From assembly GCA_051294905.1 (NCBI GenBank), contig CM119371.1, positions 20,710,001 to 20,774,000 on the forward strand: a stretch of DNA of 64,000 nt. The letters are read 5' to 3'. A model generated the notes under the pieces. It saw only the letters and a program-made list of their open reading frames with translations. It had not been told where the DNA came from and did not search any database. The DNA is from Botryllus schlosseri (lineage: Eukaryota). The stretch's first letter is position 1, and the number at the start of each line of letters is the position of its first letter. The position numbers and the translations under genes were made by a program. Of this stretch, positions 1-12,086 are shown piece after piece.

Positions 1-281
1 ATTCTAATCACATACACAATTAGTGATTTTGTTCAAACGAAAAAACTTGCTGATTGTGCACGGATTAAAGGGAATTTTGACGAACTGTTGGTTAAAGGAG
101 AAGACACTCCCATTATCACGAGATAGTAATAATCGCTGGAATAAACACTTAGTAAAAAGTTACGCAAGGTTTATAACTTAGCTTTACATGCCCGCGACAG
201 TAATTTTTCAATACTTGACACTAGCAGAAAGTATGCCATGTAAATCGCTACGACACTGCTTATCAGTACAATACCTTAGAG

Positions 282-1677
282 CAGGCGTCTCAAACATATG
301 ACATGTCGGTCGACTTCATCCAGCCCTCGTCGCAATTCTGAGTGGATTGAAAATTTATTGCATTATTATCAGACACATTTCAGACACATATTGAGGTTTT
401 TAATAAGATATACTTCCAGTGAATAATCTCTTAAAACAGACGGTGTCGAAAATGTTCATGCACCACATGCACCATATAACAGATCTGTTTCGGTTTTACT
501 CTGGTAAGAACAAGTCGGTGACATTGACACTATGGATGGTGCGAACCTATGAAAAGGTTCTGTGTGAACGCGAACGTGAACCTCATGACGTCATGCGACG
601 TCATATTGATAATTTCAACGATAAATTTAAATGCAGTGATAGCACACCGATTGAGAACCACTGCAATAAACACATGAAATGAACAGTGACCCGGTACGCC
701 TGCTGCATTTTGTACATCGGACAACGATATCAATTTCATTGATTGCTTGAATATGCATCATTCGCTGACTACATGTGGAGTATTTCGCCCTTGATACTGT
801 GTGATTGTGGGTCAAGATCACAGCAGAGAGTCATCAAATATTCACAAACGGAAATTTGGATAATTCGAGCAAACTTTTGTAACAAAGCAAGTAAAATTTT
901 TGAGATTGTCAAGGTGCATGATCGTTGTTTTTATGCTGCCAGCGACATGCATAGAGTGACCCGCGGTTGAAATGCAATAAATTTCAACCACAGATGTTAT
1001 AATGAAGTTGAAATTGTAATGTGTGAGAAAGGTCCACAGTGCAGCACCTACCAATGTTCGTTTGTGATCGTGAACCTCTAAATTTATGAGGTTCACACAC
1101 AGAACGCGAACGTGAACCCCACGGTCACACCATCCCTAATTGACACAAAATTCCGAGTAAGGTAAAGCGTGCACACAGAAAAGTCCGTCGTTTACCTTCT
1201 GACTTAAAAGATCCCCTGTGTCCAATGAACCCCGATTGCTTTTCTCATTATGAACAAAATCCTATTTAACTTCCGCTTTAATAGTGGTATGTATCTTCTG
1301 TATACTTCAAAGCGCATAAGCAAGAGTAACGCCACATTACGACTAAAACATAGGGAGCATAGGAATATGCCATCTTTTATAGTCGTTAAAGCCACTGTTT
1401 TAGCGATTTATTACTGTAATCAACCGGTCAACCACCGTAAGTTTGCGGAATCCGCTGCTTCTGAGTAAAAGTGTTTTTAGGATACCGTATCTACCTATGA
1501 TCAGTAAAGTAATGTGATATACTGTTAAATATAGGTTTGATATAAAGTATTGAAGTGGAAAACAAGAGTGTGGATTCGAAGGCAATAGTTTGGAATAATT
1601 GGACTATAGTCCGGCCCATGGCTTGCAATCAAAAAATTTGAAGCCGGCCGCAACACGAGTGGTGTTTGACACCCCTG
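282..1677. mobile_element. Non-autonomous hAT (Charlie/Buster-type) element
   Basis: TIRs CAGGCGTCTCAAAC / GTTTGACACCCCTG; 8-bp TSD CCTTAGAG / CCTTGGAG (7/8); contains nested element 531-1138. Confidence 0.8.
531..1138. mobile_element. Non-autonomous hAT (Ac-like TAGGGATG termini) MITE nested in 282-1677
   Basis: Termini TATGGATGGTGCGAAC / GTCACACCATCCCTA; perfect 8-bp TSD ATTGACAC (523-530, 1139-1146); related copy at 25044-26016. Confidence 0.88.
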
Positions 1678-1759
1678 CCTTGGAGAAAACTCTGTACTGT
1701 ACAGTCAAATATTTCCCAACTTGCCCGATACATGCTGTAAGGCAACTTCTTTTTCCGCA

Positions 1760-2315
1760 TTTGAAATCGTGTGCGTCTTTTAGTTTCGTAGCCTACGTTA
1801 TGTCGATTCCATATTTTTATATAGCAGACGGGAGGTCACGAAATAACATAATGTTAAGGAGTCATACCAACGGGCTTTACAGTGTCCAAGACACCTCACT
1901 CAGCTCTACCGGTAAATCTGATTACGTGGGCAGAGAGGATAAGAAGTTGATAACAATATATATGCAATTCCCGATCTAATTCACCGATTTTATCACGAAT
2001 TTTCTAAAATTTTCGCTCTTCGCGCTGGCTCCGTAAACAGTACAATTCTTTTCGTGGCAAAAGCGAGCAAGGTGATGGGGGTAGGTTTATCACCCTATGG
2101 GAGCCCCAGACCTAAAATTTTTTGCAGGGCTGACGAAGTACTGTTTCATTCCTGCCAACGGGTATACGCCCGAAGTTGTTTCATGATAATATTGAGGGGT
2201 CTTACCTGTTCAAACACACCTCACTCAGCTCTACCTGTAAATCTGATTACGTGAGCAGATAGTGGATAAAAAATAATAGCAACATATATGCAATTCCCGA
2301 TCATAATGACCGATT
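1760..2315 (+). repeat. Internal fragment of the CAGGGCCG-terminus hAT MITE family
   Basis: Colinear with ~62065-62655 and with the reverse complement of ~9545-10135; includes two copies of the CTCACTCAGCTCTACC(G/T)GTAAATCTGATTACGTG module; boundaries approximate. Confidence 0.75.
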
Positions 2316-2319
2316 GGCA

Positions 2320-3401
2320 TAGCCACAATGAACGATCTGAACGTAAAATACCTCTGGTAAACTGTCCATATCCATTCCCGGTGAACTCCGGACTATTATA
2401 CCTTTCACAACGGCCTATTGTAAGCACCGAAATTGCGAGTGGCAATGTCATGACTAGTAACTGGGAGTGCATATTGTCGCGCGGAGCGCGAAAATACTTC
2501 AGACCTGCGAATGAATTGTTATTTCTTGAGGATTCCCATTCCTGCTCCAATTAAAATTGAAAAATGAAGCCTTGTTGAATTGCGCGGAGCCCGAAGAAAA
2601 TTTCAAGATTGAAAAAAATCTCTCGAAAATTCGGGAGTGAATTCGTAATTGCAATTTGCATGTCTACGGCTGCCAACACATAGTAATTTAATTAGGCGTC
2701 GACGGCTGCACAAATTCCCTTCTACGGCCGCATGGGCTGCCCACCCCTGATCTGATAGTATATATAAGGTATATCTTACGCCAATTTTGAATCCGCATTC
2801 CAGTTGTTTAGTCTTTTACATTGGTGGCAAACTTCCCCATACCTGTTTCAAAATAACAAAAAAATATTGAAAAAGACATCAATTAATGTCAAGGTAGGTT
2901 GCACTGAGCACTGCGTGCTAAATTTGGTCAGTTTTGGAAATGAATTAAATTGTGTTGATTTATAGCCAAATTGAGGGCGAAACCAGGCAACCTATATTGC
3001 ATTTAAGTCTGTCTTAGGCAGTGCAGTTCGCCAGCTATCAACAACAGCTACCTAGCGCACAGAGATTTTGGCTACTGCCAAAGCTATAAAGTAATGAATG
3101 TCTTACACGCAGGAATTTCTCCAAATCTACAAAGAATATCAAACATTTGCTCAAATGAAGTTAAAGTCAGCCTATACTCCGTTGAGCGCGACTGCTGGAG
3201 TTTGAGTTTGTCAAGCTTTCTAGAATACGAGTCGAATTAAGTTTAATCTGCAATAATCGTATCTTCAGAATGGTTGTGAAACACATGTTTAGTCACAATT
3301 TATACAGAGAGTGACAAAATTGACAAAAAAATTTCGCGCCTCCCCCTGAGAGCCTCCCGCACGCCCCAAGTGTGGCGTGCCCCCCAGGTTGAGAACCCAT
3401 G
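2320..3401 (+). mobile_element. Truncated composite hAT (Charlie-type) element, inverted relative of 41562-43125
   Basis: Matches the reverse complement of ~41562-42930, including an internal TIR-like end (…GCCCACCCCTG at 2749 vs TAGGGATGGCCAAC at 42216); ends GGTTGAGAACCCATG. Confidence 0.7.
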
Positions 3402-5641
3402 ATTTAGCGCTTTACTAGATTTTAACCCAAGTGTCGACTGCACTGCGCGCTTTTTCACTACGCAATAATTGCTGTCTTCTCCACAGCTTATTCTGCTGTA
3501 GACTAAACAGCTGAAACCGGGTACTGCTGTTTACTGCTAAAATGACGTACGCTGCGATAGCTTGGCATACAGCAAAAACTACTATATATATATGATGTGT
3601 ATGTGTACCGCACGCCACAGGAGTTCCTTTGATTTCTGATGTCATAAAATATTGACGCAAAAGCATAATTTTCGATTAGAATATTATGCAACACCCCAGA
3701 GGAAAACTATCGAAGTTCTGTATGTGTTGAAAATAAAATAAAAGAAGGAAGCTAGTCGAAAATAAGGACATTTCTTAGAAATAAGGAGTTGACTTTTCTA
3801 CGACCTGGCCGTTCAAAATAAGGACAAATCTTAGAAATAAGAAATTGTGTGGTTCGAACGAAAATTAAATCCATGCATGTTTCAAAACGGGATTAATGCT
3901 TATGTGAGATGAGCAAGTCATATGATGCAACCATGACATTGGTGCATATGTTGACTTATAGGCGAGCATGCCGCACGCCGAGAAACATTGTATCCTTTCT
4001 GAATTGGACTAGCAAATGCACATTCTCCGTTGATAGTATTCTAATCGTACCGCCAAATTGGATAGTGTTTTATCGTTTTTGCATATGAACTGAAATTCAT
4101 TCGAGCACACGATCGTTTACTCCGGTAAAGATTTGCCATATAAATAGGAAAATGCATCGAAGCAGCCCAGATCGCTATTATAGTCTGCAGCATAGCTTAC
4201 AATTGCCGCAATGCGAGCTAGTCAATGCGGTGTCCGAAACCTGCTATGGTGTTGAATATAAGAGGGTAACTAGTGATTGGATGCGCGCTTTCTAATTTCT
4301 AATCATCGATTTTGTGTATTCATTCTTGTCTGCTTGATTGATACACTCGTAGTCTTGAATTGTCGCGTAATGTCAATGGCGAGATTGCAGTATTTGATTA
4401 CTGACTTATACAGTGCACGACGTTGAATTAAGTTCTCAATATTGATGCACTACCAGATTGTCAGTGGCATTTATTTCAAGTTAATTCGATTCGTTTGAAG
4501 AAAAATCTTCTATACTCCACTTTACTTGATCGACGACGGATTGACTGGTAACGAGCACACCAATATCGAATTTGCAGCCATTGAGCATTTAATAAAAAGT
4601 AGATTTCCGCTGATAAGGTCACGACATGCGCTCATTTCTGCAGTTACATCTGAACAAAATCACAAATCGCACCATTTCAAGATTAAATTGGTCTGTATGG
4701 CTCGATATTAACGAGCTCATTACCGGTATTAAAACATCACGCTACTGTTTTAATGCTGTATCATGCGTACAATGTATCCTACCTGGAATGGGATGGTCTA
4801 AATTGCGTTCTCGTGCGGATATGACGTCATCGACAGACGACACAAAGTACATATTACGTCACAGGACTTTGCATACCCCCACAAAATGATGGTCACTTGC
4901 GACGGCTCCAACCGAACCATGGTTGCCGTAGCTGGAGCCGGAGCAGTGGTATCAATGAGCTCTGGAACTTGAATCCGGAGCTAATTCATCATAGAAGAGA
5001 GATCCGGAGCCGGAGCAGTTTGAAATTTAGACCGCTCCGAAGCCCTGATTCTTATAACAACTGTTGAGTACGGGCTCATTCTTGGGGTTCCAGCCCAATG
5101 TACACGATGTGCGATTGGCGATACGGTGAAATTGTATTGTTTATTGCTTTTCGTGACTAGTTAATCATCTGAAAGTATGGTATAGAGCAGTGTTTCGCAA
5201 CGGGTGGGTCGCGAAGCTATTTCAGGTGGGCCGCGGAGACGTTCTAACTGTTACACTTTCATATTCAATTTTCCAACTATTCTAGACACTTTATATTCTC
5301 AAGATTAGAAGAGTTAATGCAAATTCTCCTCCTCCAAAATAAATTGTTTTGCGCCCATAAACGCTACAATAAACCACGTTGCCGTGCTCACAATAATTCG
5401 TCAGTCATATTCATTGGAGCGCGAAATCCGACAGCGCGTTATTGTGTATGCGTGAGATTGAAATTCATTCTTTCCTCCAAAGGCTTTGCGAACGTTGATC
5501 GGGAATTGCAACTATCCAGCCAGATTTGTCGTTATAATCAGCAAACAATTGCGGCAACGCAAGTTACTCACGTGCTTTCTCGCCTGTTGTTGTTTGGGAC
5601 ATTTATGGTGTTTTCCACTGCAATGGCCATTTACACCAGGC

Positions 5642-6520
5642 CAGTGTTGGGATGACTCGAGTCAGACTCGAGTCACGTTTTTTCATATGACTTGACTTGA
5701 CTCGAGTCACTTTGCTAAAATTATTTGACTTGAATTGACTCGGGGTATCAGAAATGTGGATTGACTCGTGACTCGGAGCAAAATTCACGAGTCAATTTCA
5801 AGTCATCAAGTAATCGGTGTCGATAAAAACCACTGTATCTTGCATATGGTCGGATTGTTCGCGAAACGCCAGCGTAACCCGTGAGAGTGAGCAATCATTC
5901 AATGATTTAATGAGCATCCATTGTTCTCTGACAAATAAATTGAACGCAAAAGAGGTAATCGAAGCTTATAGCTCACGTTGTCGTAAACAAATATAGTAAA
6001 GTAATTCAACAGCGAAATGTCTATTTCTGTGCTTACCCTAATCAAATCTTTTGTTTTATTGATATTGAATTCGAATATAGTTCATATAGTTCTCAACCAT
6101 TGGCACAGGCTCCAATTGTATCATATCAATTTGTAAGTGGGTAATGTATTGCATCTTATCAATTCATTTCTCTATTCTTCTGCGGGAGCTATATACTGAG
6201 GCTATGCAATTACGTACGTAGTTTAACAGTAACAGCAGTTCTACATATATGTGAGCGATACAGCGTGTATATTTAACTCTACATTCGTTCATCGATTCAG
6301 ATAAAATGACCACACAATCTGTATTTCAGACAACTAGCAAAATGCAATGACTTAATCATGCCCCACTTCGAAAAGACAAATTGACTTGAATTGTGACTTG
6401 ACTCGTGACTTGACTTAACTTGACTCGACTTGACTCGAGTCACCTCCGAAAATCGGGTGACTTGACTTGACTCGAGTCACCTTCGAAAATCGATTGACTT
6501 GACTTGACTCGAGACAAAAT
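5642..6520 (+). mobile_element. 3'-truncated GACTCGAGTC-repeat hAT MITE (CAGTGTTGGGAT family)
   Basis: Starts CAGTGTTGGGATGACTCGAGTC; GACTT/GACTC subterminal arrays; colinear with full copy 56034-56989; right TIR missing. Confidence 0.85.
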
Positions 6521-6679
6521 ATGCAGGCCGATATTCTTTATTATGATTCCGAATCTGACGACTTGGAACACGGTCCACTCCCAGACTTTTTCAAAACACC
6601 GCTTAAGCAGATCGGATGATGAGGAGTCTAGATAATCGTTTTACGTCTGTAATCATCTGTTACATGCAGGACCTTAACT

Positions 6680-7255
6680 TAGGGCTGCAATACGTCTGGA
6701 ATTTCCCGGACATGTCCGGAATTTCACTGTTCAAACTTGCATCCGAGAGGAATTTCTAAAATATGCCTAAATGTCCGGAATTTTGAAGGCTTGACGTAAG
6801 CTCATAAGCTCATAAGCTCACATAAGCTCACATTATTTTTTCGGAATAGTGATGCTACATAATATTTTTCTTCGCGCAATTGACTATCACATTTCTGGAT
6901 TTTAATATTGCGACTACCACCCTCGCAAAAACTGCAGTAAAATATAATTGAAAATAACCTTTATGCCTAATTGTAATTACAGGAGAGCGGTATATTCCTA
7001 GAGATGGTTAGGGCCGTTTAAATGCTTTGTTCAAAGATAGTGGTTCCAAACAGGGGCGGGGTCGTTTATTGCTTTTATTCTGGGGCTCGCGAAGATGTTG
7101 CACGTAATTAGCTTCCAAAATAGCCCGTGAGTAAGTCTGGGTAAAGGTGCTGACTTTTTATTAGTAACCAGCTCGTCAAAGTTTGATCTGGGCCACGGAA
7201 CATTTTCAAATAGAGATTGGGTCGCGACCATAAAACTCTGGAAACCAACGGATAT
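6680..7255 (+). mobile_element. hAT (Blackjack-like) terminal fragment
   Basis: Begins TAGGGCTGCAATACGTC with GTCCGG subterminal motifs; inverted diverged copy at ~51725-52277 ending GTATGTCAACCCTG. Confidence 0.6.
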
Positions 7256-7437
7256 GGGGTGTTCATGAAGCTCCGTGGTGCGCACCGGCATAAGGCTGAT
7301 AAGCAGTCTTATCGGCGTGACCTTATCATACCCTAACGATGTGCAATTACGCTCCCTGTATTTTCGAAGTCATCATCCTCCACCAGCTCTAACGCTAACT
7401 CTGATCATGTGGGCGGGGAGAGGATCATACTATATAG

Positions 7438-7900
7438 CAGTGGTCGGGAACCTATGGCTCGCGAGCTATATATGGCTATTTAGTGCATAAGGTATGGCTC
7501 TTTTCGACATTTATGAATTTGTGCTTAATTTATCAATATTGCAGCAGCTTTGTTGTTAGACCTGCAGCGCGGCCAGCATAATTATTCCTGTGCTAGTATA
7601 AAAATGTCTTTGAGAGGTTAATACAGGCGTATTCAGGGTCAGGGGATCGGACCCCCGTTTCAAAATCCTCAAATTTAGTTGCTGTCGAGCCAGCGACCAA
7701 TATCACTCCCGAAATCGATGTTCCCGCCACGAAATCTTGGATTGCACGATACGTTGATTGATCAAAGAGAATATCACAGAAGGCGGTGCCTGTATCACAA
7801 TGCAGTTTTAAATACACAGTGTCTTCCTGATCTACGGCGAGAAATGAACTGCCGTGGAAGTGACATTCGCGCAATTACAATTTCAAATTACAAACAACGC
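7438..7900 (-). mobile_element. Truncated copy of the CAGTGGTCGGGAAC hAT MITE
   Basis: Starts with TIR CAGTGGTCGGGAACC; matches reverse complement of the right part of 20045-20971. Confidence 0.7.
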
Positions 7901-8774
7901 CATAATAGCTACCCATGTTCCTGATTGATAATGTAGCTTTGTAGTTGCTGTTAATATGTAGGCGTGTGGCGCAACAACGTTATGTTACCGCCGAATACTT
8001 AGTTAGAGAATTTAGAGGTCGAATCTGAATTAGTGTGACAATTACATTCGATTAATATCAGTAATTATAAACTCTATGATATTTACGATGAATTGCGCTA
8101 TTACAGGTAAGGCATGGCCTGGCCGTGCCTCACATATGCCTTATCTGTTTTGTCACGCTTTATATTAGAATAATAAATAGGCAAGTTGCGTGATTTTGGT
8201 AGTAAAATTGTTCAAAATATAGTAGACAGATGAGGCACTGCCTAACTTGCCTCCCCTGACCCCACTCCGCGAATAGGGCAGCCAAAAAGGTCGACAGTGA
8301 GAAAACCTCTGCCGAAAAGGATCGAAACCTTTGGTATATGTATGCCGAATTGTCCATGGACTATATATACGGTAGGCGCCTAAATGGCTGTCTCCAAATA
8401 TCACTGTCGCCAAAAATTCATAGTAGTATACGTAATTGGCAATGTCATTGACCGAATGCCATCATGAATTCCGGAAAATATTCACGCTAGGCGCGACCCG
8501 ACTGTAACACACTGACAACATAAAAACTGGCACCCAAGAGCAGTGGTTTGAACGTTAATCACGAAATTGTGCCTAGTGGGTCACGCAATGAAATTTGGAT
8601 GAAAAGTGGGCCGCGAACTGAAAAAGGTTGAGAAGCACTGGTAGAGAGTATAGAACCCCGTTGTGTGCTGTAAGCTTCCATATTTCGATTCGCATTGTGG
8701 TGCAAGATACAATATCTAGAGTGAAACATTTTGTCGGGAGAATCCTTTTCTATATTGTGATGGTACTGTTAAAT

Positions 8775-9088
8775 TAGGGCTACCATATTTTGGAAACGAG
8801 AAAGGAGGACACTTTTCAAACTTTTCAAAGGGAAATTTTTTCCACTTCGTTGTCGGTTGACTAAAAAAAGGTCAACTTTCCAATCAGCTCCTGAAATACC
8901 CGTCTGAGCGTCAATTCGGTGCTGATTTGCGTCATCTCAGTCTAATTTTGCTATGAATTTGACCAAAAATTTCGCAAAAATCTGACAAAATCTCAAAAAG
9001 GATGACATTTAGGCGTCATCGGAGGACATTTTCAAAAACCCGAAAAAGGAACACAAATCCTCCTAAAGGAAGACGTATGGTAACCCTA
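8775..9088. mobile_element. hAT (Blackjack-like) MITE
   Basis: TIRs TAGGGCTACCATA / TATGGTAACCCTA; TSD TGTTAAAT / TGTTAATT; AGGAC(A) subterminal motifs; homologous empty site at ~19984-19991. Confidence 0.85.
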
Positions 9089-10606
9089 TGTTAATTGAGA
9101 CTTCAAAATATAAAAGGAGACGCATGAAACATTAAATCTTCATTCTACATGAATTATAGCAACCACTCAAACTTTGAAATACATCATCGGCATATTCTGC
9201 GAAGCGACGAAAATTTGGATATTTGACGAAGTCCCTACAAAAGTAAACTTTGACGAAACACCAGGAATATATATATAACTATAGTTCTATAGTAGGCGTA
9301 TACAAATTTGTATTCCTATTGGCAGGGCCGTAACAGCACTTCGTCAGCCCCCCCCCAAACTTTGGTCTTGGGCCCCCCATAGGGTTATAGACCGAACTTC
9401 TGGGGGCCTTCGCCCCCCAGACCCCCCTCCGCCAATACAATGTTTACCGCTATTTATCATATTCATTGGGAGTTTGTTTAGTGAATCAGCATTTGTCGCC
9501 TAAGCGCGCCAAGCGCGGACAATTTTTAGAATTCATGATTGAATCGGTCAGTATGATCGGGAATTGCATATATTGTTATCAGTTTTTATCTTCTCTCTGC
9601 TCACGTAATCAGATTTGCCGGTAGAGCTGAGTGAGGTGTGTTTGAAAAGGTAGGACCACTCAATAATATTTAAACATCTTCAGGCGTATACCCGTTGGTA
9701 GGAACGAAACAGCACCTCGTCAGGCCCCACAAACCTGGGGCTTGGGCTCCCATAGGGTGATAAAACGACCCCCCCACCATGTTGTTCGCGTTTGTCACGA
9801 AATCATCCGTACTGCATTGTGAGCCAGCGCAAAGCGCGAAAATTTTCGATAATTTATGATAAAATCGGTCAATCAGATCGGCGATTGCATATATATAATG
9901 CTATCAATTTATTGTCCTCTCTACTCACGTAATTAGATTTACCGGTAGAGCTGAGTGAAGTGTCTTGAAAACGGGAGGGCCCATAAATAATAAATAAACA
10001 TCTTCGGGCGGGCGGACCCGTTGATATGACTTCGTTACATGATGTTATTTCGTGACTTCCAGTCTGCTATATCAACAAATATAGAATCGCCCAAACGTAG
10101 GCTTCTAAACTAAGAGACGCCAACGATTTCAAATTGGTATTTCTTCACTGACATAAATTTTTTCCCAGCGGGATGGTATTTGTCTTGTGAGGTTCAGATT
10201 GCAAAGACAGGAACATTCGGCGCCAGTCATTTAGGCGCCTATGGACAATTAAACCTATGTGTATTTTGTATATATAACGAATTCTTCGGTCAGCATAAGG
10301 GCATAGACCTTTTCGGCCAAGGTTTTCTCGCTGCCGATCGTTCTGGCACACTTCTTGGAGTCGCATGTTATATGGCCTAAAACTTGATTGTATGTCTTGG
10401 TGGGTCGTGGCGCGGTAATGGCCCAATACCCAATAACAAAGATAAATGGCTACTTGAATTCGCGCCCAGCGCGAAAAAAAATTGAAAATATTGCATAAAT
10501 TTTCAAAAAGTACTCTATGATTTATGCTAATTCACGAAATAATTTTTGAATAACTGGTTGGTGGTACAGAACTTGAACACGGCTTTCAACAGTATATTCA
10601 TATTTA

Positions 10607-10647
10607 TTGACTCGAAGAACTTTTCGCGTGCCTCTTATCAAGAGCAA
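10607..10647 (-). ncRNA. Putative minimal type I hammerhead ribozyme, U3-A8 core variant
   Basis: Minus strand TTGCTC-TTGATAA-G(AGGCACG)C-GAAA-AG(TT)CT-TC-GAGTCAA; lies 3' of the PLE endonuclease ORF; homologous to 33553-33592. Confidence 0.55.
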
Positions 10648-10892
10648 CCGGCACGATAAAGGATACAGAACAGAGATGGATTCAAAACCAAATGGCGAAT
10701 TGTGACGCAATAATGCAAATTTATAAATAACATGAATGGAAATTCAGCCATAGCAACAATGCAGCGTATATAGCAACAAGCAACTTGAAAAGTAGAGCGC
10801 GTGAGGTATAAAATACAAATACAATGAGACAATGCAGCAACACAGAGGAAAAAATTGAACAAAAACACGGACGAACAGCTAAGCAACGACAA

Positions 10893-11345
10893 CTAGTGTG
10901 AAATTTTAAGATTATACAAAAATTCTTTCTGGCGACAGAGGACCGGGTTGTTTAGTTTGATGAAAGTGGATTCCAAAGCAGCTAAATGAAACATTGATCT
11001 ACCCTTGGATAAAACTGAAAACATGTCGTCTGAATAGTTCAAGGCGCAGGACGGGTTGTCGATCAAATGCTGGCCAATTAAAGAACTGCTTGCCAACACT
11101 TGGCTGTGCGATTGGGATTTAGATGCGTGTTTGCATTGCTGAGTGACACTTTCAGAATCCGGATCAGGGGACTGCGATGCCGATCTTATCGTCTTTGGAA
11201 CGTGCTGTTTGATACGATCAAGCAAGCGTTGGGATGTGCGTCCCACGTACCGACTGTCACAGTGGCATTTGTATTCATATATTACCATACTTTGATGAAA
11301 AGCAGGCAGCACATCCTTTCGCGTGTTTGGCAAAATTTGTTTCGT
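10893..11345 (-). pseudogene. Penelope-like GIY-YIG endonuclease C-terminal fragment
   Basis: KDVLP…MVIYEYKCHCDSRYVGRTSQRLLDRIKQHVP…SLIGQHLIDNPSC…LAALESTFIKLNNPVLCRQKEF*: VIY/YVG motifs, intervening Cys pair, R, H and E-x-x-x-I residues typical of PLE endonucleases; N-terminal part of the listed ORF is hAT TIR sequence. Confidence 0.85.
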
Positions 11346-11797
11346 TGTATTTTGGGCCCCCTTCGAGCTCGGGCCCCTCCCAATTGGGGGGTTTGGGGTG
11401 CGGCAGTTACCGTGCTGCCTACTGGTTATCAAAGGAATACAAAGTTGTGTACACGCCTACTATACAACTAACAATGAGTGTCTCCGCCCCCTTCCAATTG
11501 CAAATCGCTCCCAGGGGCGCTGGCGACTTGGTTTAAAAAACCATTGGTCGAAATACATCGTCATTTTGGTTTATGATCAATATTATTACACCGTTGTCAG
11601 GCGGTCGGCTTGCTTAGAAGCTTTTGAACATTATATTTGAACATCGGTGTGGAATTTTAATGCATCAACAGAATAAATAAAACGATATAGGCAGAACCGC
11701 TCCGTGATGACATTTCTTGTTTGCTGGTTGGGTCCATATTTTGCGGTTGCTGTTGCAAGTCTGGGCTCGGGGTTACTAAAACACGATGTGATACATC

Positions 11798-12053
11798 TGT
11801 TATGTTCTTGATCTTGTTTGAACAATAACTCAATGTGACGAGGTTGCAATATGAAATCAGTATATTAAACAGCAGAATAACTTTACGGCAGCGACATGAT
11901 CCAGAGTGCAGTTAAATGAAAAGACCACGAGACAACAGAACACAGGGTATAAATACGAAGCACGACACACGAGGAAATAATGATTGGCGGTAATTACTAA
12001 TCCTAGACAAATCAGAGACCAACGATACCAACGTAAAATGCACGAACATAACA
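11798..12053 (-). repeat. 3' LTR
   Basis: TGTTATG…CATAACA; direct repeat of 17573-17828 with ~10 substitutions by manual count. Confidence 0.95.
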
Positions 12054-12063
12054 GTCCTCCCCT
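12054..12063 (-). promoter_or_regulatory. Polypurine tract (PPT)
   Basis: Minus strand AGGGGAGGAC immediately before the 3' LTR. Confidence 0.85.
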
Positions 12064-12086
12064 GTAAGTTTAAAGTACAAGGTAAT

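Larger units (their letters stand above)
5188..8640. mobile_element. hAT (Charlie/Buster-type) shell carrying several nested insertions
   Basis: TIRs CAGTGTTTCGCAAC / GTTGAGAAGCACTG; TSD GTATAGAG / GTAGAGAG (7/8). Confidence 0.7.
10545..11349 (-). mobile_element. 5'-truncated Penelope-like retroelement fragment (GIY-YIG endonuclease + 3' region)
   Basis: Insert absent from copy 61589-62877; encodes GIY-YIG domain; downstream hammerhead-like motif. Confidence 0.85.
9323..11417 (-). mobile_element. Non-autonomous hAT element (CAGGGCCGTAAC termini) interrupted by a Penelope-like fragment
   Basis: TIRs CAGGGCCGTAAC / GTTACCGTGCTG; TSD CCTATTGG / CCTACTGG (7/8); reverse complement of intact copy 61589-62877 apart from ~800-bp insert. 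Confidence 0.88.

Noticed and set aside
4501..4711. Short ORF and possible exon (KIFYTPLYLIDDGLTG…), plus similar short frames at 24-126 and 6525-6630
   Set aside because: No recognisable domain and no consistent splice chain.
11605..11655. Degenerate hammerhead-like string on the minus strand (CCGATGT…CAAAAGCTTC)
   Set aside because: Three core mismatches and no stem I.
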